A stretch of 64,000 nt of DNA, taken from Euprymna scolopes (taxonomy: Eukaryota). Positions within the stretch are counted from its first letter, which is position 1; each line of letters begins with the position of its first letter. The stretch lies in NCBI GenBank assembly GCA_053919585.1, contig CM132792.1; one strand, given 5' to 3'. Under the pieces are notes generated by a model. It searched no databases and had not been told where the DNA came from. It saw nothing but the letters and a program-made list of their open reading frames with translations. Below, piece after piece: positions 61,943 to 64,000 of this stretch. The translations under genes were made by a program, and so were the position numbers.

Positions 61943-64000
61943 CTCCTCCTTGATATCATTATCACAGAGAGAGCAGGAACGCTGTAGTCTTTTTCTTCGG
62001 GTGCTTCTTCGGAAAAGGGGAACGGGGGTTTCGTCCTCGCCTGTGCTTTCGTCCTTGGTTTCAGGTTCGGTGAACCTAAGGCTGCTATTCTCAGGATCGC
62101 TGTCGGACGCAATCGGCGTAACCCAGAATGATGGTTCACTGGTCTCAGATCCAGTCTCACTCTCCTCGCCGAGTAGTGGCTGCGCTTGTGATGTCGATCG
62201 AAGATTCTTGACGTGACGGGGCACCCCGTCAACCCGCACCGATTGTGGGATGATCACCTCCGTAACACGCCCGGTTCCGTTGCAGGTTCTAAATCCACTC
62301 AACACCCCCCTGTTTGATACTCTCTCTAATCGCCTCCGACTCGGGCAGTGGGCTGGTCTCCATGCCTCTTACCATAACCTGGTACCTTTGCAGTGCTTCG
62401 GCTGGCGCGATAGAGGGTGAAATGTCGTCCTTAGGGGTTACGTTATACCTATAGTCAACCTCAGGCACCATACACACCTTCGTACTTGCGATGGCCTTGA
62501 CTGTCCTATGGTTTCTCTCAATAATTGTAATACCACTAGACACATGTGCACACCGCAATCGTAGACGTATACCTTAGCCTCTGCGAACTGTTTGAACTGC
62601 TCGCAAACACAGGCCGGTCAGTATCTTAGAATGGAGATCACACTCGAGGAAGACACTTTCCAGCTCACAGACAACGGCGGCCGAGTCCTGCCGGCGAAAG
62701 GGGCCGCTACATTGTATATCCCAATCGATGAGCGTAAGACTATGCCCGTCGCTGTAGTTAGTTAAGCCCATTGTGAGCCTGTTCAAATTTCCTCTCACAC
62801 TCAGTTTTCCCTTCTTTCACCGGATGGGTGCTGGATCGATCGACCGACAGGTTTCGCAGCTCCTCACAACAGATTTCACGTTCCTCTTTGACACATAGCC
62901 TGGCGAAGTAAAGCGTTCGGTTTACACCGGGGTGCCTGCCTTGGCAATGGACATCAGCAACATGGTCCGGGCTAAGCTGACGCCCCACCACGGCGCAATT
63001 TACAGGTGCCGGTGCTACCACTTCTTTTGGCAGTTCCAGCCAATGGTGTGGCACTCTGGTCAGGCAATCCGTGCAATTCTGACAGGACTGAACCAGTGTC
63101 ACATCTACGGTCAGGTTGAATTCCTTGATAATCTCGGACAAGGTAGCAAGTCGTCTCCGTATTAAAATTTCGGCTGATGCCTTCGTTGTCAACCGTGCTT
63201 TCCCACTCAAGACATCGCTTATCCACCGATGCACGCACGTAGAGTCTGTGACGATGTGTAGCAGTCTGGACTCTCAACGAAGCGCCAGATTTACCCCTTT
63301 GAGTGTAGCATTAAGCTCGGCCATGTTTATGTGCCGAAGCCAGCAGGTATCTTCTACAATAAATCCGTCTACCGCCAGAGCAACGCCAAGGGCGAGTAAG
63401 CTGGCGTCCACCTAAACTGAAAACTCGCTCCCGTCGAGGCACCAGCTCCCTCGCACGTGGTCGTCCTCGGCCACTCTGGCCACAGCTTCCACCAGCATGC
63501 TTCGCAGGGCGAGATCACGTACCTCATTGTCTCATCCCCTTGGCATGAAAATCGCACGTCGCTTTATGGCGCTACTGCGACCTGGAACCACCCACACACG
63601 GGAAACTGGCCCACCAGTTTTCCGCAGACGGAAAAAACGCTCCGACGCGTGATGTTGATGGAACTTCCGGGATATAACCACCTCTCTCCCAGCGGAGTCC
63701 GCATGCGCTGCCGGTCAGATGCAAGCCAAGAACTTTCGCTTTATCTTGCAGGCGCTCTGGCTCCTTGCACGACAACCCGAAGCTCTCAAAGTGGTTTTAA
63801 CCGCCTGGGCAGACATGAGCCTCTTGTTTAAAAAAAATGTCGTCATTATACAACAACGTCCCCTACTACACGGTTGCATGTTGACGCCGGATAGTCTGAA
63901 TCATCGTTGCCACTGTGTTCGGGACCACGTTCAGGCCGACCCCCAGCGTGATCAAACAATAAAGACCCCTTTGATCTCGACCGTCTGGAACGGCCACAGC
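61943..64000 (-). mobile_element. Gypsy pol (RT-RNase H-integrase), frameshifted, continues beyond the window
   Basis: LWPFQTV..GLNVVP..YNDDI; VDASLLALGVAL..HINMAELNA..TDS..DCLTRVP; HPGVNRTLYFA; IIERNHRTVK..YNVTPKD; SVRVDGVPRHVKNLR. Confidence 0.93.

Noticed and set aside
60849-63831. Long plus-strand ORFs (184, 142, 124 aa)
   Set aside because: Antisense shadows of the PLE and Gypsy coding sequence.
1-64000. CRISPR arrays, rRNA, intact tRNA, or prokaryotic operon/defence system
   Set aside because: No regularly spaced repeats with unique spacers, no complete cloverleaf and no dense long ORFs. The sequence is eukaryotic and repeat-rich.

Overview
AT-rich, gap-containing invertebrate (metazoan) draft-genome window, almost entirely non-genic. 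The (TA)n density and TE mix are compatible with a mollusc/cephalopod-like genome, but the taxon cannot be shown from sequence alone. It is dominated by decayed mobile elements: five CR1-type LINE pieces, at least three Penelope-like (PLE) relics plus PLE terminal repeats carrying minimal hammerhead-ribozyme cores, three Gypsy LTR relics (one with a clean 313-bp LTR nested inside a PLE), a decayed Helitron Rep-helicase and many non-autonomous Helitrons, R4/Dong-type RLE retroelement fragments, a Tc1-like IR/DR element, and a full-length Chapaev3 (CMC) DNA transposon with TIRs and TTA target duplication. The only good host-gene candidate is a minus-strand terminal exon at 57701-57818 ending ...NINIDPSAFGR*, a possible amidated-peptide precursor. 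A two-finger C2H2 relic split at its linker by a retroelement lies just downstream. The most unusual structure is a ~280-bp palindrome (17888-18165) with an intact hammerhead catalytic core in each arm. No rRNA, intact tRNA, CRISPR or prokaryotic system is supported. Most boundaries of decayed elements are approximate because they were read by eye.
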